A stretch of DNA of 44,678 nt, filler included, from Jimgerdemannia flammicorona (lineage: Eukaryota), in NCBI GenBank assembly GCA_003990765.1. It is 2 parts of 2 records of this genome, joined end to end, with 100 filler letters (N's around TTAATTAATTAA, not from the genome) between each part and the next. Parts side by side here need not be neighbours in the genome. Positions count along the whole stretch, not along the records: positions 1 to 22,294 come from RBNJ01001310.1; 1 more part is not named here. The stretch is one strand, 5' to 3'. The translations under genes were made by a program, and so were the position numbers. The notes beneath the pieces are model-generated. The model saw only the letters and a list, made by a program, of their open reading frames with translations. It searched no databases and had not been told where the DNA came from. Shown here piece by piece: positions 1-11,784 of this stretch. Position 1 is the stretch's first letter. Each line of letters starts with the position of its first letter.

Positions 1-27
1 AAAAAAAAAAAAAAAAAAAAAAAAAAA
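1..27 (+). repeat. poly(A) tract, possibly the 3' tail of a further LINE copy upstream of the window
   Basis: 27 A at the window start; the other LINEs here end in similar tails. Confidence 0.45.
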
Positions 28-125
28 GAGATTTCAAAGAGATTCTGAAAGATTTTGAAGAGATTCCAAAAGAACTCCTGAAAGAGATTTCAGAGAGATT
101 CCAAAAAGGCTTCTGAAAGATATTA
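28..125. repeat. degenerate ~11-12 bp tandem repeat (AGAGATTTCAAA-like)
   Basis: repeated gagatttcaaa / gagattctgaa / aagattttgaa / gagattccaaa units. Confidence 0.6.
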
Positions 126-299
126 TAGCTTTTGAACATTTAAGATATCAAAAGCTTAATTTCACCTCTCATTCTTTTCACCTTGTCCTTTGCTTTTCCT
201 CATCCTTTGCTTTGCCTTGTCCTTCACTTCATCTCACTTAATTTACTGCTATGTTGAATGTAGATATGACTGCTTGGCCAATAAGTATTTACTTGACCC

Positions 300-788
300 C
301 CTCTAAGCTTGACATACTTCAGCTTACTGTCCCAAAGCTCAGCACCCTAAAGATGCCCAGCTTGCCAACACTAAGTCTGCCAAGCTTGCCAACACTCAGC
401 CTGCCTAGCTTGCTGACACCCAGCCTGCCAAGCTTGCCAACACCCAGCCTGCCGAGCTTGCTGACACCCAGGTTGCTGAGCTCACCGACTCCCAGCTTGC
501 TGACCCACAGCTCCCTGACCCTCAGCTCCCTGATCTCCAGCTTGACCACCAGCTCACTGCCAGTCTGCAAGCACAAGGTCCCCAACCAGATCCCAATAAC
601 ACAGCTCAAAAAAGTCAGTTTTTTTTTTTTTTTCTTTTTAATCAATGTCTATATTTTTTTCCTAATAACATTCAAAATATACATATCCTCTAGCTTCTAA
701 GCCTGGGCCAGAGTGCAAATCTTACTACAATTGCCATTTTTGCCATCAAGTTTGCCCAAGTACTATCTGGAAAGATTACCAAACCAAT
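300..788 (+). pseudogene. 5' part of a decayed, probably spliced gene of unknown function (24-bp coding-like repeats, candidate intron 614-693), split by LINE-a
   Basis: the frame from 358 reads repeated PA(K/E)LA(N/D)TQ; GTCAGT...poly-T...CTAAT...TAG looks like an intron; the sequence resumes after the TSD at 6707. Confidence 0.4.
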
Positions 789-874
789 CAGGTAACCTTT
801 CTCAGCTAACATTCACATTATACACACTTTACAACATACTCTCAAGTCATTTATTGGAGAAAGGTGATAAGGAA

Positions 875-2889
875 ATAGCAAACAACAAACATTCCGGGGT
901 ATATACTGAGCAGGGTGGCCCTAGTGCATTCGACTGGCAGCAGGTGGGGAGAGGTTCTGGCCTGGGGAGTGGCATGAGAGGGCTGTTGGCAAGAGGATGA
1001 GGAGGAGGTGGAGGCGGCAGTGGAGGACAGGGGTCTGGGAGGGCGAGCTTTGCAGAGATGGTGAAGGGGAGGCAGCAGATGATAGGGCTGGAGGGTTGGC
1101 TGAGAAAAGGCAAGGAGATGGAGATGACAACAGTTTACAGGGGAGCAGCACTTGAGGGTGAGGGCAGTTCAAGCTGAGGGAGTAGTGGCTGGGGGGGGTG
1201 TAATGACTGATAGAGACAGGACTGCCAATCTGGAAAAAAATCCAAATGTGATGGCTGATGGTGTGGCTGAGCAACTGAGACTTAGAAGGCAGGGAGATTT
1301 GGCAGATGGTGTGATGGGCCTGGTGGTGGCACTGTTACTCAAGAAATCAATCTCGGTATTCATGGTGATATTGTGCTTCCAGGGTCTGGCAGTGACAGCA
1401 AAAATAGTACTGAGGCTTATTACTAAGCAGGTGGCTGGAGCAGCATCTGTGAAGTTCCTGAAAGGATTAGAGGGAGTAGAGGTGAGTTCTGAGGAGACTG
1501 AGCTCCTGGAGGAAGTGCTGAAAGTTGGATTGATTGTTGGAGAAGTGTGTGTTCTGATGGTGTACTGTCTGAAATGGGACCCCAGGGTGATCCAACTACT
1601 GGTGAAAGGAGTGTCCATGGTGATGGCAGTGGAGATGAGAAGGAGAGTCAAGAAGGTTATGGCAGAGTATGGCAAGATAGTAGATATCGGGTTCAGGGTC
1701 TGGGAAGGGACCTCACTCAGGACTGGAGATGTGGATGTGTGGATTCGGCTGGCAGGGAAAGAAGCCACAGGGAAGACAAGGGACTGGCCTTCGGTGATGG
1801 TCTGGAGGGCAATATTATGCTAGGTAATAACGGTGAAGGGGAGTGAGGAGGAGGAAGAGGACTTGCTGGAAGCACTGGAAGAGATGAGTGGAGTGATGGA
1901 GTGGCAGGCAAAGGCTTGGAAGTCTTTTGTAAAGTCAACACACTTGGAGATAGTGGATAGGAAGAGGATCAGGGTGGACAAGGGGCAATGGGAAAGAGCT
2001 CAGGGCTGTAAATGTCAGAAGGAGTTACTGGCTAAGATGGAGAGTCAACTACTAAAGGAGGCAGATGGAATGGTGGAACTGGGGGGTGCTAAGGTAAGTG
2101 TCTGGGCTGGCGATAATGGTGGGAGTATAGGGAAAGAAACAGAGGAGGATGGGAAAGCAGCTGGTGGTGACCTGTATGCTGATGGTATGCTCAAGGTCTG
2201 GAAGGAGGACTGGGAGGGGTCACCTACCCTACCCCTCTCATCAGGTGAGGGCGGGCTTACTGAAGCAGAGCAGGAGAGGATGTGCCAATGAAGGGGGCCC
2301 AGTGAGTGCAATTTGGCATACCTGAGGTAGCAAATGGGAGACAGGTGGTGGTGGTTAGAGAGGAGGAATTGGTGGATATTCCAGAGGTGTGGGATGAGGC
2401 TGCGAGTGTCAGAGCTGATACTATGATATTGGATAGTGGAAGACCAGTGACCCTGAGAGGGAAGGAGGTGGGAAATCTACTTTGGATGTGCAGGATGCTG
2501 AATTACCTGGTAGCTGAAGAGCTTGGAGAGGTGGACTTAAGGGAGATAAGTGATGAGCATTGGGCACAGGTATTGTAGGGAGATGGTGTGGAGTTGGCAT
2601 TGAAGGCAGAAATCCTTGTGGTGTATCTGGAGGAGGAAGGGTATGAGGTGGATAAGAAGCAAGAGGCCAAACTAGCAGAGGTTGCTGGAGAGAGGGCCAA
2701 GTACTGTTGGGCCAAGTGATATGGGTTGCAGCTCTGGCAGGAGGCCTGCCTGAGGAGTTTGAGGAGAAGGCAGATAGAGAGATGAATGAGCTGTTGGCTG
2801 GATTGGAGGCTCAGAGGGCTGAAGAGAAGGTAGTGACTGCAGAACATAATCTGGACATAGTGCAGGAAGAGATGAACTTGGAGCAGTAG
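875..2889 (+). pseudogene. LINE-a ORF1 (Gly-rich N-terminus, RRM-like core, acidic C-terminus), disrupted
   Basis: fragments align by eye with the near-intact ORF1 at 42957 (LLKKS, EYGKIVDIGFRVWEGT, EEEEDLLEALE). Confidence 0.85.
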
Positions 2890-2921
2890 GGATGGACTGG
2901 ATAAAACCACTATACTTCAAT

Positions 2922-5900
2922 ATGAATAGTATAACTAATATTTTTTCACTGAATGTAAATGGGTTACAGGGTGCTTCTAGACAAAGGAACATTTTTACTT
3001 AGCTGAAGAGATTGGAGGCTGATCTCTTCCTCTTGCAGGATGTCAGATGCAAAGATGATTTGGATAAACTGAAATGGATGAAGAAATGGAGAGGTGAGGT
3101 AGTTTGGATGGGCAAGGTTGGGATTCTGATATGGAAAGGCAGAGGGGAGATAAGGGATATGCAGAGCTGGGGGAATAGACTGGTCTGGAGCAAGTGGATA
3201 CATACTGGATGAGAGCCAATTACAGTGGGATCTTATTACTACCCTGCTGTATAGGGTGATTATGTGGACTGGGTGAAGGGTCTTCAAGAGAGTGGGACAC
3301 TTGCAGAGGCTGGGTGGATGTACTAGGTGGAGACTTTAATATGGTTCAAGAGGTACTGTTAGACAGAACAGATAGAGGACAAGGAGTTGAGGGTCAGAGT
3401 GGAGGGCTGGTAGTATGAGAGGAAGTGGAAAGGCTGAGTGCTCTAGTGGATGTAGATAGGAAGTGCTGGGGGGATAGGAGGGTATACATGCATTGGGCAG
3501 GAGGCTTGGGGATGAGAATTGATTGGATTCTTATGGCCAGCTGCTGGGGTTTGAATATTTGGAGTTCACTGGATGTGGAATGATGTCCTTGGTCGGATTA
3601 TTGGGGGAATCTCAGATAAGGTCAGTTTGGGGGGAGTGGGGATGGGCCTGAACATTGGTGCCTCAATTCCTCATTGTTAGATGATAGGATCTGGTGGGAT
3701 GGGTGGACTGCAGACATAGCTACAGGTAGAGTATTGGAGGCAGGAAGGTACCCCAGTGGGTATTTAGTGGATGAGGATAAAGGAGATGGCCAAGACATAC
3801 TGGAGTGAGACTGGTAAGAAGGCTGAGAAACAGAGGAGATGAAAGGTGAGATGGGCTTCTAGTAGACTATCTAGGCTCTTAGGAGATTGGGCAAGACTGG
3901 TGACATTGGAGGGAGAGGAGAATTGGAGGTTCATAAGGGTGAAAAAGGAGGTTGGTGAACTACAACAGGTGCTGCAGAAGGAGGAAGAAGTGAGGGTAAA
4001 GGGCTTGGCAGCTAGGCTACATTGGCAGGGATTGAAAGAAGGGGAGAGACCCTCTAAGTTTCTCATAAGGGCCCTTTGGGTAAGGAGGGTGCAACAAAGG
4101 TAAGAGGGGGTACTTGACTCTGATAGTGTCCTGGTCAATGGTATTCAAATCATTCTTGGATCTTTAAAGGAGCACTGGAGTGGATTGTGGAGTGAGGAGG
4201 AGGGTGGGATAGATACTGATGCAATTGGCCATGTATTAGAAGATTGGCAACCCCTACAAGTAGATGGGATGGGTGACTTGATGTTGCCAGTCCAAGAGGA
4301 GGAGATCTGCCAGGCTCTCACTAGGTATAGTACCTGAAGAAGATGTGTTGCCCTGGGATTTCTGGAAGAAAATGGTCAGGATTCCAAGAGTACTGGGTGA
4401 GATGATGGCATTGTGTGATCTTATTCTACAGATAGTGAGATGGGTGGAGGAACAGAATCTGGGGTTAGTGATATTACTCTACAAGAACAAAGGAAGGCGA
4501 GAGGACTGGAAGAACTGGAGACCGATTATGCTCTTGGATATAGACAGAAGATTGGTTACTAAGATGGTGGTTGCAAGGCTACAAATAGTGGTACAGCAAA
4601 TCTTGAGTATTGAGCAGAGGGGCTTTGTAGGGAGATGGCTCATTAGGAATAGCACAGCCTGGGTATATAGAGTTATTGAAGGGGTATGAGCTTGTGGATT
4701 GGATGGGTGCCTGGTCTTCTTGAATCTGGAGAAGGCTTATGACCAGGTGAGGCGAGTCTGGCAGGCAAAAGTTTTCGATAGGGCTGGGGTTCTACACCAG
4801 TTTCAGTCAGTGATGGTCAGTCTACTGGAAGAGAGTAGGGCAGTACTCATATGTAATGGACATCAAGGAGTGGCTTTTTCCCTGGGTAGGGGGGTGTCCC
4901 AGAGGGATCCATTGTCCCCCATTTTGTATGCCCTTTCCCTGGAACTGCTACTGGATAGAATCAGGTGGAAGATAGTGGGGCTCTCCATCTTTGGTATTGG
5001 GTAGAAGATAGGGGCCTTTGCAGATGACATGGTTGTTGGACTGAGATCAATTGCTGATATCAGGGAGCTAAGGAGCAGTGGAGTAGTATGAGGAGAGCTC
5101 TGGGGTGAGACTTAATTGGCATAAGTGCAAAACAACAGTATTAGACAATGGTCTGGTGGGTGGGGAGATTATTGGAACAATTATCCCTGCTGGTGAGGCT
5201 GTGCAGTACTTGGGTATCTATCTATCAGTGTATGGGTCAGTACTATCCAGGCTTTGGTAGGAGCAGTGGATTGGCATCTGGGGGGAGGCCCTGTGGCTGT
5301 CAATTGTCCCTGGCAGGGCATGTTACAATTTTGAACATCTACTGGTTGCCGAAGTTGTGGTATCTGACATATCATCTGGACTTCCCATCCTGGGTAGTGA
5401 AGCAGCTGATGAAGCTTACTAAGGGATGAATCTGGGCTGGAAGAAGGAGTCAGATAAGCTGGGAGGTCATGTCCTTACCAGTGGTGAGTGGTGGACTGGG
5501 ACTGGTTGACTTTCTGAAGAGGCTATACTGCTTGAGGGCTTGGTGGTTGAAGAGAGCCATGGAATTGAGAGGGGGTGGTTGGGTTCCCCTTTTGCAGAAG
5601 GTTTGGGAGAGGTAGTTCTTGCCAAGAGGCTCAACTGGTGATCTCTTATCTTTGGTTAGACTTCAGAACACTAATCAATTGTGGTGTAAAGGATTCTGGC
5701 GGGAGATAGCAGAGGGGGCACACTACATTGAGATCTGTTGGTGGGGGAATGAAGGAGATGAGGATTGGGACCTGACAATGTTGAGATATGACTGGGTACT
5801 ACTGGGTGGTGTCCCATTACTTGAGTTTGACATTAGTGATGGGATAGACTGCCAGAGAGGACCAGGCCAGGATCTGTAGCCCAGTGATTGGTAAGGTGTC

Positions 5901-6568
5901 AGAATTGGCAAGGAGTGGGACTGATGTAGCATTTGGGTATAGAGTGCTGAGGTGAGAAGATGGATGCCACCAAAGTACTGGATAACTTGGTGGTACATGC
6001 TGAGGAGGAATGTCATGCTCAATTACCACTCTGGTCACCTTATTGAGGGGGGTTGTTTTGACTGCAAGGAGTGCTATAATGTAGGACAAGAAGGGGGTTA
6101 TGTACAGATGCCTGAACATTGGCTAGGGGAGTGTGAGGTACTTAGTGACTTTTGGCAGACTATTGGGGATCATTTGGAGGTAAGGGGCAGGGGAACTGGC
6201 ATGCAGGGGCAGTGGGAGGATTTGAGAATCAGACTGGTGGGTGGGGTGAGAAAGGAATGACTCATGCTAGGCCAGGCTCTGGCCATTTGGGTCGGGTTGG
6301 CCAGCCACTGGTTATTTGTTTTTGAGAATGGGAGGAGACTGAGCTTGGAGGTCTGGCTGTGGCAGTGGCATAGCCTTATGGAGGACACCTTGACAGGCTG
6401 ATGGCTCGGTTGGGGGATACTGGAGGGTTAGAGGCATCATCTGGTGGAGAAAATTTGTAAGCAGAGTGGGAGAAGGGTAGGAGTAGTGGGGGAGAAGGTG
6501 GGCTTTGTTTGGGTTAGGGTGGAGAGAGGCCCCCCTATGGGGATTGGATAGTGGGAGGAAGACTGTAA
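2922..6568 (+). pseudogene. LINE-a ORF2 (APE endonuclease, reverse transcriptase, C-terminal Cys motif), disrupted
   Basis: LNVNGL, LLQDV, GDFN, RIDW, KNWRPIMLL, EKAYD, DPLSP, FADD, YLG, GGLGL, CFDC...EHWLGEC. Confidence 0.92.
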
Positions 6569-6610
6569 ATTTAACAATAGACTGATAATAAATGGCAGAG
6601 TCTGAGTGAC

Positions 6611-6693
<83 letters not shown>

Positions 6694-6706
6694 TTACCAA
6701 ACCAAT

Positions 6707-7525
6707 TTCGCAGATGCCCCAAACCTCACAGAGAAACTTATAAATTCGACATTAGGCATGCTTTTGCTGCAGCCAATAAATGTATTAAGAAAGTATATGA
6801 TGACTAACTGTGACAAGAAGTCATAAAAGTGATAGAAAACCATGCAAAAATCATAGAATGTTTATCATACCACATCAGCTTCAAGGTGAATGCCAAAGCA
6901 TGGAACAAGTGAGGTTGTCCAGATGGAATTGTCATCATGGATGAACACAAAAAACTGCTGTCCATATTTGAATGAGTACTGGTGAAGAATGGCAAAACAC
7001 TTTATATATGACTGATAGATGGCAGACTTGTGCATTTTGTTGAGAGGGGTGGTGGTGGAGGAGATAGAGAGGTGGGAGAGGTCAGTGCTGGTAGAGGAGA
7101 CAGCACTGGGAGAGAGGTTGGTGGAGAGGTTGGCATGGGAGAGGTTGGCATAGGGGAGGTCAGCACGGGGGAGGATGGCATAGAGAAACATGAGGAGGTT
7201 GGTATGGGGGAGGTTGGTATGGGATAGGTTGATATAGAGGAATATGAGGAGGTCAGTGTGAGGGAGGTCAGTGTGGAGGAACATGGGGAGGTTAGTGTGG
7301 GGGAGATTGGTGTGGAGGAACATGTGGAGGTTGGTACAGAGGAACATAGGGAGGTCAGCACAGAGGAGGGTATGGAGGAGGAGGATATAGAGGAAAGTGG
7401 TTCAGAATATATAGAGAAAGATAGTTCAGAATATGAGAAGGAGGAGGATCAGTTGGTTTATAGCGATGAAGAGGAGGAGGATAAGTTGGTTTATAGCAAT
7501 GAAGAGTAAAATCTATTCATACTGG
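6707..7525 (+). pseudogene. 3' part of the decayed gene split by LINE-a; 15-bp EVGxG tandem repeats and acidic tail
   Basis: long frame broken only by TGA/TAA/TAG stops explicable by single transitions; GAGGTTGGCATGGGA-type repeats at 7075-7380; GTAAGT...TAG intron-like segment 7526-7630 follows. Confidence 0.4.
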
Positions 7526-7649
7526 TAAGTTCTTTATTTTCCTGATTTGCTTCCTATTTATTTCCAATTTCATTTTGATTTCTGATTCCTAATTATGTTT
7601 CTATTTGTTTATTTTAATTATATATCTTAGATGTGAAATATATTTTTTT

Positions 7650-7946
7650 TAGTGCCTTGTAGCTTAAAGACAGATTAAAGACAGGTCTGTGTCAAGCTAA
7701 ATATGGGTCAGGGTCAGGTCACATATATTTCTCAGATTGGGTTAAAGATGGGTTATGTATAATTTCAGATTGGGTTAAAGATAGGTGATATATAATTCCA
7801 GGTCAGGTTAAAGATGGTTGATGTATAATTCCAGGTCCAGTTAAAGACAGGTGATATATATTTCCAGAATAGTTTAAAGATGGGTGATATATAATTCAAA
7901 GTTGGGTTAAATATATATATAGGTCAGCTCAGGTTACAATGCACTA
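7650..7946. mobile_element. possible small non-autonomous TIR element with internal ~33-bp tandem repeats
   Basis: left end TAGTGCCTTGTAGCTTA and right end CAGGTTACAATGCACTA are 13/17 inverted; internal GGTTAAAGATGGGTGATATATAATT repeats; no TSD found. Confidence 0.35.
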
Positions 7947-8062
7947 GGTGCCTGGCAGGGGTCAGGAGTCAGGAGGTGTGACAGTTGGGACTGGTATTTC
8001 TGGGGCTGAGCCAGTGGCTGGTGGGGGGACTGCTGGTGGGCAGGAAGAATGACCACCAGCAG

Positions 8063-11000
8063 ACCTTTCACCAGTAATATTCAGATAACACAAGACTCAG
8101 ACAATACTTTCTTCAATGTTTTTAATAAAAGGTGACTAGTAAAATAGATAGCAACAAATGTACTAGTGAGGGCATCAGCCATGGGGGCAGCAGTGCCTTC
8201 AACTGGCAGCATGTAGGGAGGAGGAGTAGTGATGGTTTGGGAATACCAGGGCCTTCTATGGCTGGCCATAGTACTGGAGGAGGAGGAAGAGGCAGATTGA
8301 GGCAATATGGAGAAGAGAGGATAACTTTTGCAGATAAGATCAAGATAGAGAGAATAGCATCTGGTCAGGATAGTTGGTTAGGCCTGGGGAAAGCATCAAC
8401 AGCTGCTGCTGGGAGACAGACAGGGGCCCCCATGGGAGGGACAGACAGTAAGAGAGGGGGGAGAGTAGGGGCTGGAGATGTGACTGCTGATGGAGCTGTA
8501 ACTGGGGATCTGGAAAAAAATCCAGATATGATGGTGGTTGGTGGTTCAGGATAGAGAGTGGGCATGAGGCCCAGAGACCTAGCAGATGATGTGATAGGTA
8601 TGGTGTCAGCACCATTACTCAAGAAATCAAAGTTAGAATTCACTGTCACATTGTGTTTTGAGGCTTAATAGTGACTGCCAGGATGATCTTGGGACTGGTG
8701 GTGCAGGAGGCAAAGGGGGCAGCTTCAGTGAGGTTCTTGAAGGAGAAAAAAGGGGTAGAGTTGGGTTCAAGAAGAAGGCATCATTATTGGAGACTATGGA
8801 GAAGGGGGTAATAGTGGGTGGAGTTGTGGTCCCTATGGCCAGGTGTATGCACTGGGACCCCAAATAGTACTGTTGACAGTATTGGATCTTCCTATGGTGT
8901 TGAAGGAGAGGGCCAGAAAGTTGATTGTGGAGGTAATCAAGGAGTATGGCGAGATTGTGGATATCAGGTTCAGAGTCTAGGAGAGCACTGAGCTCCAGAC
9001 TAGTGACATTGATATCCAGGTAAGGCTGACTGGAAAGGAGAACATGGGGAAGATGAGGGACTGGCCAGTGACTCTTAAGTGGGGAACAGTAGAGTGCAAA
9101 GTCTCATGGGTGAAAGAGACACCAGAAGAGGAGGAGGATTTGCTAGAGGCTCTTAAGGGAGTGGTTGAGAGGAGGAGATTGGCTTAGAAGAAGTATGAAG
9201 CCAAGACAGTGGTGGAAATGATGGATGGAAAGATGATCAGAATGGACTGGGTGACTGGGAGAAGATGCAGGGGAGATATATTCAGAAGGAGCTACTAGAG
9301 AAGTTGGAAGACAGTAGGGTTGGCAGCAGTACAGGAGAAGATGGTACAGGATTGTGAGAGAGTGCCTGGGCTGGGGAACACAGGATGGACCAAGGTTGGG
9401 CCCAGGGTGGATCAAGGGATGAGAGACAGGGTGGCATGGAGGCAGATGTGGAAATGAGAAGGAAGTATACCCTCAGTATGGTGTCCCAGATAGGGCAGGG
9501 GGTGAGGAGAAACTACTGGATATATCAGAGGAGGAGTGGGATGAGTCAGTGAGGAGGAGCACTTTGGTAGACCCAGAGGTGGGGGTTGAAAGGGTTGTAC
9601 AGAGTGTTGCAGAGATGGTGGATAAGGAGAAGTGACTTTAGAAGACTCTGGAGTGGAGGAGCTGGGGGGAGAGGACTTCTGGGTTATGGAAGAGAGACAT
9701 TGGGAGGAAATTCATTATGGTGAGGAGGTATCAAGGAAGGTTAGGAATGAATTCTGATGGTACTCTTGGAATCAGTTGAATATCAAGTGGATGATCAGAG
9801 GGAAGAGGGACTTTGGATAATTGTGAATGAATAGGTGGTATACTTGTGGTGTTCAAGGAAGGGGTTAGAGAAGTAGAAAGTGGTCTGTGTGCATTATTGG
9901 GCAGAAATGGAATTGGTAGATAGGGTGGAGTATCAAGAAATCTTAGAGGCATTGGATGCTCAGGCTGTAGTGGAAGGTGACCTGAAAGTAGAGTGGCACT
10001 TGGATCTGGCTGGGGATGAGATGGGCATGGAATACTAGGCTAGGTTCTCAAAATCAAATATTATTCAATATGAACAGTACAACTAGAATATTCTCTTTGA
10101 ACATAAAAGGGTTGAGGGGTGTAGCTCAGCATAGGTACATATTTGATTGGCTCAAGGGTTTGGATGTAGATCTCTTCTTATTGCAGAATGTATGTTATAA
10201 GGTAAATGTAGACTTACAGGATTAGACTAGGGAATGGAGGGGGGGCAGTAGTGTGGACTGTGTGGGGGGGTATTTTAATTAGAAAGGAGATGGAGGACAT
10301 TGGCAATATTGGACATTGGGAGAGTAGGTTGGTGTGGAGAGTGTGGAAGTGGCCTGGATGGAGCCCTTTGACTTTTGAGTCATGTTATTGCCCAGCAGAG
10401 AGGGGGGAGCAGGTAGATTGGATCAGAAATTTGAGAGGGGCCAGTGTGATGAGAGAGGCAGAGATTGAGTGCCTGAGGGGTGATTTCAATATAGTATGGG
10501 ATAGTGTGGTGGACAGGACCAATGGCAGGAGAGGAATGAGGGATAGCAGTGACAGGTTGAAGGATTGGATGAAGATAGAGAGGTTGAGTTCTTTGGTGGA
10601 CTTGAGGAGACAGTTCTGGGAAGATTGTTGAATTTATACTCACTGGGTGGCAGGGCTGGGCTCTAGGATTGACTGGATATTGACAGTGAAGTACTGGGGA
10701 GTAGATGTCAGAGCTGCACTGGAGGTGGTTTAGTGCCCATGGTCGGATCACTGGGTTCTGATAGGGACAAGGTTTGGGGGAAGTGAGGATGGGCCTGGAC
10801 ATTGGTGACTGAATTCTTCTTTATTGGAGGATAGTGCTTTATGGGCAGACTGGGAGGTGGAGGTTATTGGGAAAATTGGTAGATGGTGGGAGCAGGGCTT
10901 GGTGATTGGGGATCATTGGCAGAGACTGAAATTGAGTGCTCAGAGGTACTGGAGGGAGGCAGGGAAAGGAAGGAGTGCTCAGATGTAGCAGTGAATGCTA

Positions 11001-11784
11001 TGGACTTCATAGTGATTAGTGGCACTCCTAAAGAGATGGGTGGGGGTGCTAGAGGATTGGGAGGTGGCTGACTGACATATTCTGTGGATTCCAAAGGAAG
11101 TTGATAAGCTTAAGGAAGTGATATGAATAGAGGAAGAGGTTCAGCTGAAGGGGATGGTGGAAAGGCTGTAGTGGTAAGGGTTGGAGGAGGGAGAGAGGCC
11201 CACTAGATTTTTATTGAAGTTACTACTAGTGCAGAGAACTAAATAACAGTGAAATGATATCTTGGATGAGGATGGGGAGATGGTGGTGTAGACTCTGGCA
11301 ATTCTAGGATTGCTGAGGAATTACTGAGAGGATTTATGGAGTGAGGAAGAAGGGGGTGAGGATGTCTTAAACATTGAACAACAATTGGAGGATTGGCATC
11401 CAGACCCAGCATTGGGCCTGAGGACGCTAGGGGACCTAGTGTGGGGAAGGAATTTGTAAGGTTTTGGCTTCAATAATCAAGGAGATAGCTCCAGGAGAAG
11501 ATGGGCTTCCCTAGGATTTTTGGAAAAAGATAGCTGGGGTAGAGGTGATATTGGAGGAGATGTCAGCGATGTGTGGTGAGGTTCTTTGGTCTGGAACTTA
11601 GATTGGGGGCCAGCATCTAAGGCTGGTCCCCTTGCTCTATAAGGATAAGAGGAGAAGGGAAGATAAGAACTAGCAATCAATCATGCTCCTTAACATGGAC
11701 CACAAGCTAGTGACAAAGATCTTAGTAACTAGACTGCAGAGAATCACTCAGCAAGTACTAGGAGTAGAGCAGAGAGAGTTTGTG
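8063..11784 (+). mobile_element. LINE-b: subfamily B, 5' intact, 3' truncated in early RT (ORF1 ~8144-10038, ORF2 from 10070)
   Basis: 5' ACCTTTCACCAGTAATATTCAG; ORF1 similar to the 42957 ORF; MNSTTRIFSLN, GDFN, WSDH; ends at EQREFV. Confidence 0.9.

Larger units (their letters stand above)
789..6690 (+). mobile_element. LINE-a: full-length decayed L1/Tx1-clade non-LTR retrotransposon (subfamily A)
   Basis: TSD AGATTACCAAACCAAT at 773-788 and 6691-6706; conserved 5' leader; ORF1 and ORF2 remnants; AATAAA at 6587; poly(A) 6614-6690. Confidence 0.95.

Noticed and set aside
7680..7930. CRISPR-like periodic repeats
   Set aside because: contiguous degenerate tandem units without unique spacers; eukaryotic context; no cas genes
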